A DNA stretch of 64,000 nt, taken from NCBI GenBank assembly GCA_963782115.1, contig CAWAIK010000001.1, positions 416,001 to 480,000 on the forward strand, given 5' to 3'. This document shows, piece by piece, positions 29,881 to 39,361 of the stretch (position 1 is the first letter of the stretch; each line of letters opens with the position of its first letter). The position numbers and the translations under genes were made by a program. Origin of the DNA: an uncultured Verrucomicrobiae bacterium (GTDB lineage Bacteria > Verrucomicrobiota > Verrucomicrobiia > Chthoniobacterales > JAFAMB01). The notes under the pieces are model-generated. The model ran no database searches. It was not told where the DNA came from and was given only the letters and a program-made list of their open reading frames with translations.

Positions 29881-31113
29881 ATGACGGGACGCAAAGAAAA
29901 TCCCAAAACGAAACCCCACCTCTTTATCGTTCTTGTGCTCTCTGTTCATCTTACGATTTGTTTCCTGGTGCTGGCAAAAAACGTCAGTCATCCGAACACG
30001 AGCGAACGGCTTCTCTCGAGTGATTCTGTCCACTATGTGGATATTGCGCGTGATTTTTGCTCGGGCGACTTTTCTATGAAATACGTAAAGGAACGCCCGC
30101 ACCGCCAGCCGCTGTACCCGGCATTGCTGGCCATTGCCATGAAACTCGGGAACGGTAACCGGTTCATGCTTGGGGCGGTGAACATCCTGGTCGCCGCGGT
30201 ATCGATCCTCGCAATTTACATTTTTACCCTTGCGCTGTTCAAAAACCGGTTTGCTGCGTCTGTGAGCGCCTTGGCTTTAGCGGGAAATCCGTTCATTGAT
30301 CGTGAAATCACCGCGCGGCTTCTGACCGAGCCGCTCCATCTGCTACTGACGATTTGCGCGATCTTCGCTTTTCTGAGGTATATCCAGCGGAAAGATTGCC
30401 GGTGGCTGTTCGGCTGCGCTGGTTTCCTCGGTCTCGACTATCTGACGCGTCCAAACGGTCTGATCATGGCTGCCGCAGCGATTGGCACGATGGCCTTGAG
30501 CGATCTGCTGAGGTATTGGACGGCAACTCAAGGTCGTCCCTCTTTTTTCGGATGGCTCATAAAATATGCAGGAATCTATCTCGTGGCCGTAGCCATCTTC
30601 CTCGGCGCATCGACACCAAGCTGGGTTCCGCGATTAGTCTATTTCGGCAACCCCTTTCATCACGGATACCTCGAAAATTATATGTGGGTTGACACCTATA
30701 AAGAGGGACACGTCGGTGAAAGCTACGCCACTTACACCTGGCGCGATTATTTTGCGCATCATCACGTACGGGATGTCGTTTCCCGTTTATTCCATGGTTT
30801 GCGCAACGTCTATATTCGTATCCCGATTATGATGGAACGGATCCCATTACTTTTTTTGCTTAGCATCGGCGGTGCTTGGATCGCGCTCCGAATCGCCGCA
30901 AGAGAGTATCGGTTTCTATGCTTGTTTCTTCTTCTGCAAATGCAGCCGTTAGTTTGGACTAATTTCTCCAACCCAACCTCGCGAGTGCCTTACGGCTCGA
31001 TACTTCCGTTCGAGCTTTTTCTGGCGGCATTATTTCTGGCATGGGCCGGCGAACAACCGCGGATTCGATCCTGGTTCGGTGACCGATTTGCAACCAGCTA
31101 CAGGCGTCCATGA
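29881..31113 (+). CDS. GT39/ArnT-like membrane glycosyltransferase
   Basis: DSVHY, RQPLYP, LTEPL, LTRPNG motifs; multi-TM; start uncertain. Confidence 0.75.
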   Translation: MTGRKENPKTKPHLFIVLVLSVHLTICFLVLAKNVSHPNTSERLLSSDSVHYVDIARDFCSGDFSMKYVKERPHRQPLYPALLAIAMKLGNGNRFMLGAVNILVAAVSILAIYIFTLALFKNRFAASVSALALAGNPFIDREITARLLTEPLHLLLTICAIFAFLRYIQRKDCRWLFGCAGFLGLDYLTRPNGLIMAAAAIGTMALSDLLRYWTATQGRPSFFGWLIKYAGIYLVAVAIFLGASTPSWVPRLVYFGNPFHHGYLENYMWVDTYKEGHVGESYATYTWRDYFAHHHVRDVVSRLFHGLRNVYIRIPIMMERIPLLFLLSIGGAWIALRIAAREYRFLCLFLLLQMQPLVWTNFSNPTSRVPYGSILPFELFLAALFLAWAGEQPRIRSWFGDRFATSYRRP

Positions 31114-31153
31114 CCTGGTGCACCGTCTCGCCGCACTTCTGCTTAACGAGTTA

Positions 31154-31182
31154 TTGACAAATCAAGCCACAATCACTACATT
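31154..31182 (+). promoter_or_regulatory. Sigma70-type promoter of the nrd operon
   Basis: TTGACA (31154-31159), 17-bp spacer, TACATT (31177-31182). Confidence 0.8.
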
Positions 31183-31218
31183 TTGTGTGGTTCCTTGAAG
31201 GACGCACAATATATTGTG
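31174..31218. promoter_or_regulatory. Tandem NrdR boxes
   Basis: CACTACATTTTGTG (31174-31187, overlapping the -10) and the perfect palindrome CACAATATATTGTG (31205-31218), 31 bp apart, upstream of RNR genes. Confidence 0.88.
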
Positions 31219-31227
31219 GATAAATGT

Positions 31228-31324
31228 GTGAAAGAGTGCCTGTGGTTATTGCCCGCAGGAGAATAGGGAACCGAGTGTGAATCCCGGACGGTCGCGCCGC
31301 TGTAACGGACGACGAAGGACCCAT
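31228..31324 (+). ncRNA. Cobalamin riboswitch, 5' part only
   Basis: AATAGGGAA-CCGAGTGTGAATCCCGG-ACGGTCGCGCCGCTGTAA matches the B12-element core; the sequence then runs straight into mid-nrdB. Confidence 0.8.
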
Positions 31325-32170
31325 AAACGACGGTGGATTATTGAAATGGGAGTCGGCTATTTCTTCGCCGCCGAAGGCATCGTGGGCGACTCGGTGCTCC
31401 ACGTCATCGAGGAAAACCTCAGCGCCGCGGAGTTAAAGCACGCTGCGCTGCGCCAGATCGCCGAGGAGAGCATCCACATGGATTCACTTCTTCACATCAT
31501 AGGTTCGCTGAATATGGATCTCGACGAAGTGACCGCGCGTTTCTCCGATATCCCCAGTGTCCGGAAAAAGAATGCCTTCATCACGCGCGAGATGCCGGAA
31601 TTGAAGATGGGTATCGATCTGACCGAGACGTCGAACAAGCAAAAGTTCGCCAAGGCCATTTTCGGGATCACGCAAGTCATGGAAGGGACGCAGTTCTACG
31701 CGCTCTTTGCGATGATCCTCTCGCTCCACCGGCAAAACAAAATGACCGGCATCGGCCAAATGTTCCAATACACCCTGCGCGATGAATCAAACCACATCGC
31801 GCTCGGTCGCTACATTCTCACGCAACTCATTGCCGAAAATCCAGAACTCTGGACGCCGGAGTTTCGGACCGAATTGCTCGCCTTCATGCGCGAAGCCGTG
31901 GAGCTGGAAAAAGAATTCGTTCGCGACTGCCTTCCCGAAGACATGGTTGGCCTACGGCAGGCGGAGTTCCTCGACTACGTTGATTTTAATGCCGACCGGC
32001 GCCTTGCCTCGCTTGGTCTTCCGAGGCTTTCGGAGGTGAAAGCGAACCCGTTTGCGTGGCTCGATGAGGTGATATTCCTGCGGAAAGAAAAGAACTTTTT
32101 CGAGACCCGAGTCACCGAGTATCAAACCAGCGGCAGCGTCAAAAATACGAGCGAAGAAGACCTCATTTAG
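31325..32170 (+). pseudogene. nrdB: Ribonucleotide reductase beta subunit (class Ic-like), N-terminally truncated
   Basis: AAEGIVG, EESIH, VMEG, RDESNH, KEKNFFETRVTEYQ; N-terminal part missing; possible in-frame ATG at 31346. Confidence 0.85.
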
Positions 32171-32179
32171 GAACGAAAC

Positions 32180-32746
32180 ATGGGAGTACATTCCGATTAT
32201 TGGATACGGCGCATGGCGCGCGAATACCGGATGATCGAGCCATTCGAAGAAAGTCTCAAGCGCCAGAACGACGGTGGGCCGGTCATCAGCTACGGCCTGT
32301 CGAGTTACGGCTACGATTTGCGCGTCGCTGATGAATTCAAAGTTTTTACGAACGTCTTCAACGCCGTCGTCGATCCGAAGGCGTTCGATCCGCGCTCGTT
32401 TGTGGATATTCGCGGCGGGTCGTGTCTCGTGCCACCGAACTCATTCGCGCTCGCTCGTAGTGTCGAGTATTTCCGCATTCCCCGCGACGTGCTCACGCTC
32501 TGCGTCGGCAAGAGCACCTACGCGCGCTGCGGCATCATCGTGAACGTCACGCCCTTTGAGCCGGAGTGGGAAGGTCATGCGACGCTGGAAATTTCCAATA
32601 CCACGCCACTGCCGGCGCGCATTTACGCCAACGAGGGACTTGCTCAAGTCATCTTTCTCGCGGCGACAGAGTCGTGCGAAACCAGTTACGCGGATCGTGC
32701 CGGGAAGTACCAGGGGCAGCGCGGCATTACCGTGCCGCAAATGTGA
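32180..32746 (+). CDS. dcd: dCTP deaminase
   Basis: [32 protein letters not shown]; intact. Confidence 0.95.
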   Translation: MGVHSDYWIRRMAREYRMIEPFEESLKRQNDGGPVISYGLSSYGYDLRVADEFKVFTNVFNAVVDPKAFDPRSFVDIRGGSCLVPPNSFALARSVEYFRIPRDVLTLCVGKSTYARCGIIVNVTPFEPEWEGHATLEISNTTPLPARIYANEGLAQVIFLAATESCETSYADRAGKYQGQRGITVPQM

Positions 32747-32823
32747 TACGGGAATTGAGCTCACCCCAGCAATGATTTCAGCCTCTACGTTCAGGCCTGA
32801 ACATTTGAACATCCAAAACACTT

Positions 32824-33575
32824 ATGAAAGCCACTATCTCGCAATCCATCCTCAGCAACGAGCCAGACAGCGGGTTGTACCGTTGAGCTTCCACAAGTCA
32901 TTCGGCGCGATATGGCTGGTGACACGTCCGGCAAGCCGCGCGTCGTTCCGTGGCTCGGTCACAAGATCGCGCACGCCGTCGCAGCAGCCTGCTTTGCACA
33001 AGGCGAAGACGAAGGCGTCGGGCGTCGGGTACAGACCGAAATTGAGTTCCGAATGCAGCGCGAACGCCCGCTTTTCATTCACATCGAACAACTTCAAGAT
33101 TTGGTTGAGGAAACGCTGCTGGAACTCGGCTACGGAAAAGTCGCGCTCGCCTATGGCAAGTATCGCGCGAAACGCAGCGTGGAGCGCGAATGGGGAGCGC
33201 AAGCACCCACCGACTTTGGCAAGCAACTCGAACTCGCGACGCCGGAGCAGCTTGCGGACTTGCTCTGCTGGAAGCGGAAAAGGAAACGCGTGCCATCGAA
33301 TTCTACGGCATCTATAAAACGCGGCGTGCCTGCAGCTCATCGCCCACGCTTTTCAACGCCGGTACGCAGCATTCGCAACTTTCGTCATGTTATCTGCTCT
33401 ATTGTGGCGACAGCATTGAGGAAATAACGGAGACGTGGAGGCGCTTTTCGCACCTATCGAAATGGGCGGGCGGTCTCGGTTGTTCGTGGACCGCTGTCCG
33501 CGCTAACGGCGCGCATATTCACGGCACCAACGGCGAAAGCTCGGGGGTGGTCCCGTTTCTCAAAGTCAGTGATAT
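32824..33575 (+). pseudogene. nrdA: Ribonucleotide reductase alpha subunit remnant (ATP cone, internal deletion, C-terminal truncation)
   Basis: ATP cone (VIRRD...IHIEQLQDLVEETL...YGKYR), then in another frame SPTLFNAGT.SQLSSCYL...LSKWAGGLG...GTNGESSGVVPFLK; similarity then ends. Confidence 0.88.
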
Positions 33576-33612
33576 GGCTTATAACCGAAAATGGCTCAAC
33601 GTTGCGAGGACA

Positions 33613-34656
33613 TTATTCGGTTGTCGTCGTTGTCGACTCAAACCGGTCAAATCCTTTGACACGATAGATGATTACGGACCCCACCCAACTCAGCACGAAG
33701 ACGCCGATAATCACAAAGCCCAGGGTGCCAAAGTTGTCATTCAGGCTGCCGATAAAATCCCAGAATCCTCCGGTCAGGTTCAGCTGATCCTTCAAAAGTC
33801 CAATGGCTTCTATCCCGCCTACCACCAGTGCCACGATTACCGACACAAAGGTGATCGTGAGATTATAATACAGTTTTCGAATCGGCTTCATGAACGCCCA
33901 TCCGTAAGCTCCAACCATCAGAATGCCATCGGTGGTATCAATCAGAGTCATTCCCGCCGTGAAAAGCACTGGGAACGCCGCCATTGCAACCACGGATAAG
34001 CCCTTGGCTGCAGCTGCCGCCGAGATCCCGAGGAGAGCAACTTCGGTAGCCGTATCGAACCCGAGGCCGAACAGAACCCCGATCGGATACATATGCCAAG
34101 GGCGAGAAATCATTCGGAAGAGCGGGCGGAAGATACGACCCATCATGCCGCCTCCCAGCACTATATCAGGGCTTTGATCGGTGTAGGCTCCTCCCTTGCG
34201 AACCTCCTGGAAGGTTTGCCAGACAGCTCGAAGGATCACGATGTTGACCAGGGCTATAGCAATCAGGAAACAAGCAGAAATCGAGGTTCCGACTATTCCG
34301 CTAACGCTTCTAATCGCGTCGAGCCGCGTGGCAACGACCGTGGCGATTAGGTAAACAACCAGAGACGCGACCACCACAATCGTTGAGTGGCCCAGAGAAA
34401 AGAAAAAGCCTACAGCAAGTGGACGTTTACCTTCCTGCATGAGCTTTCGCGTCACGCTGTCGATCGCTGCAATGTGATCAGCATCCACCGCATGACGAAG
34501 ACCAAAAGTGTAAGCGAGAAAAGCTGTCCCAAGGAGAACGGGTTTATCATGGAACGCGAGAAGCGCCCAGATCCAAGCGCCTGCGTTGAAGGAAACCAAA
34601 AAGCCGTAAAGTCCAATCACCCGATTCCGAAGATCACCTGAAAATATTTGAATCAT
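33613..34656 (-). CDS. NiCoT (HoxN/HupN/NixA) nickel/cobalt transporter
   Basis: GLRHAVDADHIAAID, FFSLGHST, LFGLGFDTATE. Confidence 0.93.
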   Translation of the reverse strand: MIQIFSGDLRNRVIGLYGFLVSFNAGAWIWALLAFHDKPVLLGTAFLAYTFGLRHAVDADHIAAIDSVTRKLMQEGKRPLAVGFFFSLGHSTIVVVASLVVYLIATVVATRLDAIRSVSGIVGTSISACFLIAIALVNIVILRAVWQTFQEVRKGGAYTDQSPDIVLGGGMMGRIFRPLFRMISRPWHMYPIGVLFGLGFDTATEVALLGISAAAAAKGLSVVAMAAFPVLFTAGMTLIDTTDGILMVGAYGWAFMKPIRKLYYNLTITFVSVIVALVVGGIEAIGLLKDQLNLTGGFWDFIGSLNDNFGTLGFVIIGVFVLSWVGSVIIYRVKGFDRFESTTTTTE

Positions 34657-34823
34657 GGAGCTTGCCTGGTCAGAGGGTAACGAAGACCAACAAGTTGCTG
34701 TAAATCATCATGATCGGAAAGATCAGCCTGGGGTGACGGGGTCTTATAGTCAATTGCGAAATGGTAAGCCCTGGAAGCTGAAACGGTTGCTTTAGTCCGA
34801 GCTTTCGTTGTCTTAATAGCCGA

Positions 34824-35281
34824 ATGCCAAAACCCCAACCAAAAATCGCAAGAACGCGCCCGACTAAAGAAGTATCGGTCATGGCTTGGATTGAAGACGC
34901 GGATCAGGGAGTTCTATTGGTACGCCAAGCTGCGGGATTGAGGTTTTGGACCCTCCCAGGTGGGCGAGGTGAATCGCTCGTGAGGGCGCTTAAGCGCGAG
35001 CTTTACGAAGAAACTGGACTGCGCGTGGAAGTTGGTTCTCTGCTCGGGGTGCTGGATCGCGTGATAAAGATTCGATCACTTTACTCTTTGCTGCGGTACC
35101 AAACGAAACTTCAATCAAGGTTGACCAGAATAACAAGGAGATAAAAAAGGCGGCTTTTCAGACATCCTTGCCGAAGAAAGCTTCTCCCTCTGCCAAATAC
35201 TTTTGGTCGGTCAAGAGAGGCCCGGTCAAGGTGACTCCGAAAATTCGAGCCTCAACGCATCAGTTCCCGCCGATCGTGTGA
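34824..35281 (+). pseudogene. NUDIX hydrolase, frameshifted and with a shortened Nudix box
   Basis: WTLPGG-RGESL...RELYEETGL has too few residues in the box; frameshift near 35060 continues DKDSITLLFAA. Confidence 0.7.
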
Positions 35282-35581
35282 TTGAGGCAGACTTATGCGG
35301 ATGGATGGCCCGCGCCAGATCAGTTGAGCAAGCCCTGCTGCCGAAACCATGCGACACAGCAAGAGAATGGCGCGGTCGGCTGGCGTCCACTCGGCAAACG
35401 ACGTAAAACGGAGGTTGCTCTCCTTGACCCCGTTTATCTCGATCCCATCCCTACATCCGGTTTCCAGCTTCGCTTCGTTGATGTCCACCATTGTGACATT
35501 CCAGCCCGTCCTCGCCAAAGCGCCGGCGAGAGCGACTCCGATCCCTCCGGCGCCGATAACGTTGCATTTTGCACTCGGCAT
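35252..35581 (-). pseudogene. N-terminal remnant of a ketopantoate reductase-like Rossmann enzyme
   Basis: VIGAGGIG...VTMVD...LLLC then similarity is lost; far too short for the family. Confidence 0.6.
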
Positions 35582-35657
35582 GTGTGTTTGACCGCGCCCA
35601 AGACGCAAGTAGTTTCCGAAAGATCACCTCGTCAGCGAAATAACAAAAGAAATTATA

Positions 35658-36203
35658 GTGAAGAAATTACTATTAATACTTATGCTCGACTTGGCGAGCT
35701 ATTCGGCGCAAGCCGCTAACTGGTATTATACGTGGACAACACCGCCACGGGCTCTAATGACGGAACATCGTGGGCGAATGCCTGGCAAAGCATTGGAGCA
35801 ATTGCCGGGGTGTCTGCCGGAGATACCGTTTACTTCTCTGGCGGGCCGACCGCCAGTTCTCAGACCTACACGGTTCCCCACCGGAGGATGGACGCCGGCG
35901 GGAGGAACAACCGGGCATCCCATCATAACCACATTCAACTCTATCTAAATGTCAATTACACCTTCTCTCCTAATCTTCAGCATGCAGATGTTTTACAGAA
36001 TAATGCCAACCAGACGAAAGTATATGGTAACTGGTTCGAGAACATAGGGGAGAGCATCTGGTTCCATGATTCTCTGGCTCAATACGCATATTCCGATCTT
36101 CAGTTTTATAACAATGTTATCACCCAGAATTTCCCTGTTAGCATCAGTGGAGTAGCCAGAGGGTTGGATTTTGAGCCCCAGGATAATGGCAAGAGCACAT
36201 TTA
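35658..36203 (+). pseudogene. Remnant of a secreted beta-helix (pectin-lyase-like) protein, cut by the ISAzo13-derived element
   Basis: Signal peptide, frameshift, then YVDNTATGSNDGTSWANAW...GDTVYFSGG; later HADVLQ and YNN repeats. Confidence 0.6.
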
Positions 36204-36542
36204 GGGATTGTCACAAAATAAGTGTATCGATATTTCTTCAGAATAGATACTCTGGTGGAACAAGATCGAGCACCGATTGTTTTCCTTCATCAGTCAGAAC
36301 TGGCGCGGCAAGCCCTTGGTGAGCCACGAGGTGATTGTGAGTTTGATTTCAGCGACAACTACTCAGACCAGTTTAAAGGTGCGGGCTGAACTCGACACCA
36401 ACTCCTACCCGCCAGGAGCCAAGGTATCAAAAAAACAGATTGAAGAAATAAATATTCGTCCCGACTCGTTCCACGGAGAATGGAACTATACAATTCGTCC
36501 AAATACATTAGATATTTGATACACTTATTTCATGACGCGCCC
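36204..36542 (+). mobile_element. 339-bp non-autonomous ISAzo13-family derivative with both TIRs and a TTA target duplication
   Basis: 25-bp TIRs (20/25 match), TTA at 36201-36203 and 36543-36545; encodes only WNKIEHRLFSFISQNWRGKPL...FHGEWNYTI. Confidence 0.9.
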
Positions 36543-36545
36543 TTA

Positions 36546-36693
36546 AGTGCCGTTGCAGAGTGCTCGGCGGCACATCATGCTTTCGGCAAAATTCCATAAG
36601 TCGCAAACTGCTCGCTTCAAATTCGATTGTCAGCCGCTCAACTTGCTCCCGACTTCTCCGCCTCCGAATCTGGACTTCCTGTTTTCCGCTCAC
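36546..36693 (-). mobile_element. IS66 TnpA-like HTH fragment
   Basis: RRRRSREQVERLTIEFEASSL...EFCRKHDVPPSTLQRH; truncated at the ISAzo13-derived element. Confidence 0.6.
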
Positions 36694-36840
36694 GGGTCAA
36701 GTCCGTTAAAAACTTCACGCGCCGAGCAGCGATGGATAGCTAGTGTACATGGCAGACCTCCTCCCGAAATCCATTGCGTGGGCTTGAACCTGCAGTAATA
36801 CTTCGCAGATTTCCTGCTCGATTCAGCGATTGTCACGTTT

Positions 36841-38622
36841 ATGCTTTTGAATTCGTCATCTGCCAGGGCAGCGGCTCAAGACGCCATTCTTCCGCCAGAA
36901 GTTCCATGGAACGGAAAGAGTAAATCGCTTCTAATTTCCGCAACCGATAGTTGGGCGACTCCTTTCGAACAATCGGGGTTGAATCAAACACCTCGCTATG
37001 ATGAAACAGTGGCCTGGCTGCAGAAGCTGGTAGATGCGGCACCAGAATTGAAAAGAGTTTCAATTGGAACCACACTGGAAGGTCGCGATATTGTCATGAT
37101 CCTGGCATCGTCTGCCAGACGGTTTTCGTTCCAAGATTTTGTTGCCTCGGGAAAGGCAACGGTCCTCATCCAAGCCTGTATCCATCCCGGTGAGCCGGAC
37201 GGGAAGGATGCTGGCCTGATGTTGCTTCGAGATATGACCGTCAAAGGAACGAAGCACGATCTGCTCGAGAAGGTGAACGTGCTGTTCGTTCCAATCTACA
37301 ACGCAGACGGACATGAGCGGTCCTCCAGGTTCGGCCGCATCAATCAACGCGGACCGTGGGAAACAGGGTGGAGAACAAATGCGCGAAATCTCAATCTGAA
37401 CCGCGATTACGCGAAGCTAGACGCGCCGGAAACGCGTTCCATTGTGCGAGCGATAAACCAGTGGCAACCGGATCTCTATCTCGATCTTCACGTTACGGAC
37501 GGGGCCGATTATCAATATGATATTACGTGGGATTTCGCCTCGGGCGCTCAATATTCTCCGTCGATCGCCGGATGGTTTGAAAACAATCTTGAGCCGACCC
37601 TGGCACATGCTCTTGAGGCGATGGGTCATCTGACTACCAGGTACATCAATCTTATCGATGATTTGGATCCGACACGAGGATTGGCAGGAGGTGCGCTTTT
37701 GCCGCGGTTCTCAACCGGCTACAGCGATATCCGACATCTCCCTGGCCTTCTTGTTGAAACACATTCATTAAAACCGTATGCGCAACGGGTCACTGGGACT
37801 TATGTCTTGCTCGAAAGCGCACTGAAAGTGGCGGGCGAAGATACCGCGGCATTGCGGAGGGCGATTGCCGATGATCGCGCCGAAAAAGGGAGCGAATTTA
37901 TCACTAAATGGGGTACGAGTGATCAACCATCGCCACAATTCCAGTTTCGGGGTGTGGGATATAAGAGGAGCGAGTCTCCAGTCTCGGGCGGTCCCAAGAT
38001 TGAATGGCTCGGGAACCCAATTACGCTGGAAATTCCCGGCCAACCGGCGGTTGTTTCCAGAGAAAAGGTGCTGAAGCCGGCGGCCTACTGGGTTCCACGT
38101 CAATGGCATGAGGTAATCGATCGTTTGCATGCCCATGGCATTCCAATGGAAACCATCCAGGAAAACAAGGAATTGGCGGTGGAAATGTACCGGGTCCATG
38201 AGCCGAAAATTTCGAATGAGCCGTTTGAGGGACGTGTCAATGTGATTGGCAGCCCCGTGGTGGAGCGTCGCATTGAAAAATTTCTGGCCGGGTCTGTACG
38301 AGTGCCCGTTTCCGCGCCGTTCGGCGACCTTATTTGTGCTTTGCTCGAGCCCGCATCGGAGGACTCTTTTTTTAGCTGGGGTTTCTTCCTGGAGATCATT
38401 CAAACGACAGAATATGTCGAAGCTTACGTGATGGAACCGATGGCTGAAAAAATGCTCGGGGAAGATCCCGCGCTGGCACGGGAATTCGGAGATAAACTCG
38501 AGTCAGATGACCACTTTAGAAATAATTCGAAAGCCCGTCTTCAATGGTTTTATCAACGGACGCCGTTTTACGATGATCGAGCGGGACTTTACCCCGTCGC
38601 TCGGGAGGTAAAAGCAAAATGA
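36841..38622 (+). CDS. M14 family zinc carboxypeptidase
   Basis: CIHPGE, NADGHER, NLNRD, DLHVTDG, LVETH. Confidence 0.9.
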   Translation: MLLNSSSARAAAQDAILPPEVPWNGKSKSLLISATDSWATPFEQSGLNQTPRYDETVAWLQKLVDAAPELKRVSIGTTLEGRDIVMILASSARRFSFQDFVASGKATVLIQACIHPGEPDGKDAGLMLLRDMTVKGTKHDLLEKVNVLFVPIYNADGHERSSRFGRINQRGPWETGWRTNARNLNLNRDYAKLDAPETRSIVRAINQWQPDLYLDLHVTDGADYQYDITWDFASGAQYSPSIAGWFENNLEPTLAHALEAMGHLTTRYINLIDDLDPTRGLAGGALLPRFSTGYSDIRHLPGLLVETHSLKPYAQRVTGTYVLLESALKVAGEDTAALRRAIADDRAEKGSEFITKWGTSDQPSPQFQFRGVGYKRSESPVSGGPKIEWLGNPITLEIPGQPAVVSREKVLKPAAYWVPRQWHEVIDRLHAHGIPMETIQENKELAVEMYRVHEPKISNEPFEGRVNVIGSPVVERRIEKFLAGSVRVPVSAPFGDLICALLEPASEDSFFSWGFFLEIIQTTEYVEAYVMEPMAEKMLGEDPALAREFGDKLESDDHFRNNSKARLQWFYQRTPFYDDRAGLYPVAREVKAK

Positions 38623-38631
38623 GGGGTCGAC

Positions 38632-39201
38632 TCAGCCCATTGGGGTGGTTAAATCGCCAGAAAGCAGGCAGGGGCAGAGCTGAAGGAAGGTCCAAGGAGC
38701 TTCAGGAGACGTGCGATCGAAGCGGAGCACGACGTCAAAGCGCGTGCCGTCCCACTTCGTCGGCATACCTGGTAGGCTCTGACCATTGGCGATCGCCGGT
38801 AGAAGATCACGCGCTATCGCCTTGTGCTCCCAAGCGACCAACACCACACCGGTTCGGCCGACAACCGTGGTGGCGAGTTGGGCCTCCTCTCCGACTGCGA
38901 AGGTGGTGTCCGGCGTCAAGCCCAAACGGCTAGCAAGCGGAGAAACTGTCTCGAAAGGGCGCTGGCTTGGTTCGTCGCCGGTCGTCGAATTAGGGTCCGC
39001 AGCGTAGATCACTGAGGGCGCCGGATAGTTTAGGCCGCCAAGGCCCGCACCGAACAGCGCGGACCAACTGCCGGCCCGTTGCCAACCGCGGATGACCAAA
39101 GATTTTTTGTCTGGAACTCCGTCTTGCGTCAGGCCGGAGCCCGGCCAGGACTCGCCCGGCTTCTCTGCATGCCGGATGATAATAATTGTGAGCGCGGACA
39201 T
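38632..39201 (-). CDS. Histidine phosphatase superfamily protein
   Basis: IIRHAEKP, RP.ET, VAWEH. Confidence 0.75.
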   Translation of the reverse strand: MSALTIIIIRHAEKPGESWPGSGLTQDGVPDKKSLVIRGWQRAGSWSALFGAGLGGLNYPAPSVIYAADPNSTTGDEPSQRPFETVSPLASRLGLTPDTTFAVGEEAQLATTVVGRTGVVLVAWEHKAIARDLLPAIANGQSLPGMPTKWDGTRFDVVLRFDRTSPEAPWTFLQLCPCLLSGDLTTPMG

Positions 39202-39361
39202 AATTTTTCTTCCTGATCAATTTTGTTGTGAGGTGAAATTTTCTTTGCCGGTAACCTTATATTTGTCGCTAAGACCGAAGCCAATAGAGTTCCTTACTGA
39301 TGAGCAAGCGAGCCGCTTCAGCCGTCACCACGGAGATCTGACTTCGGTTGTCTTGGTTTCT

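Noticed and set aside
31277..31345. GTG start of nrdB given by the ORF track
   Set aside because: It lies inside the riboswitch aptamer and the N-terminal translation is not R2-like
34657..34823. NiCo or cobalamin riboswitch upstream of NiCoT
   Set aside because: No recognisable conserved core on the minus strand
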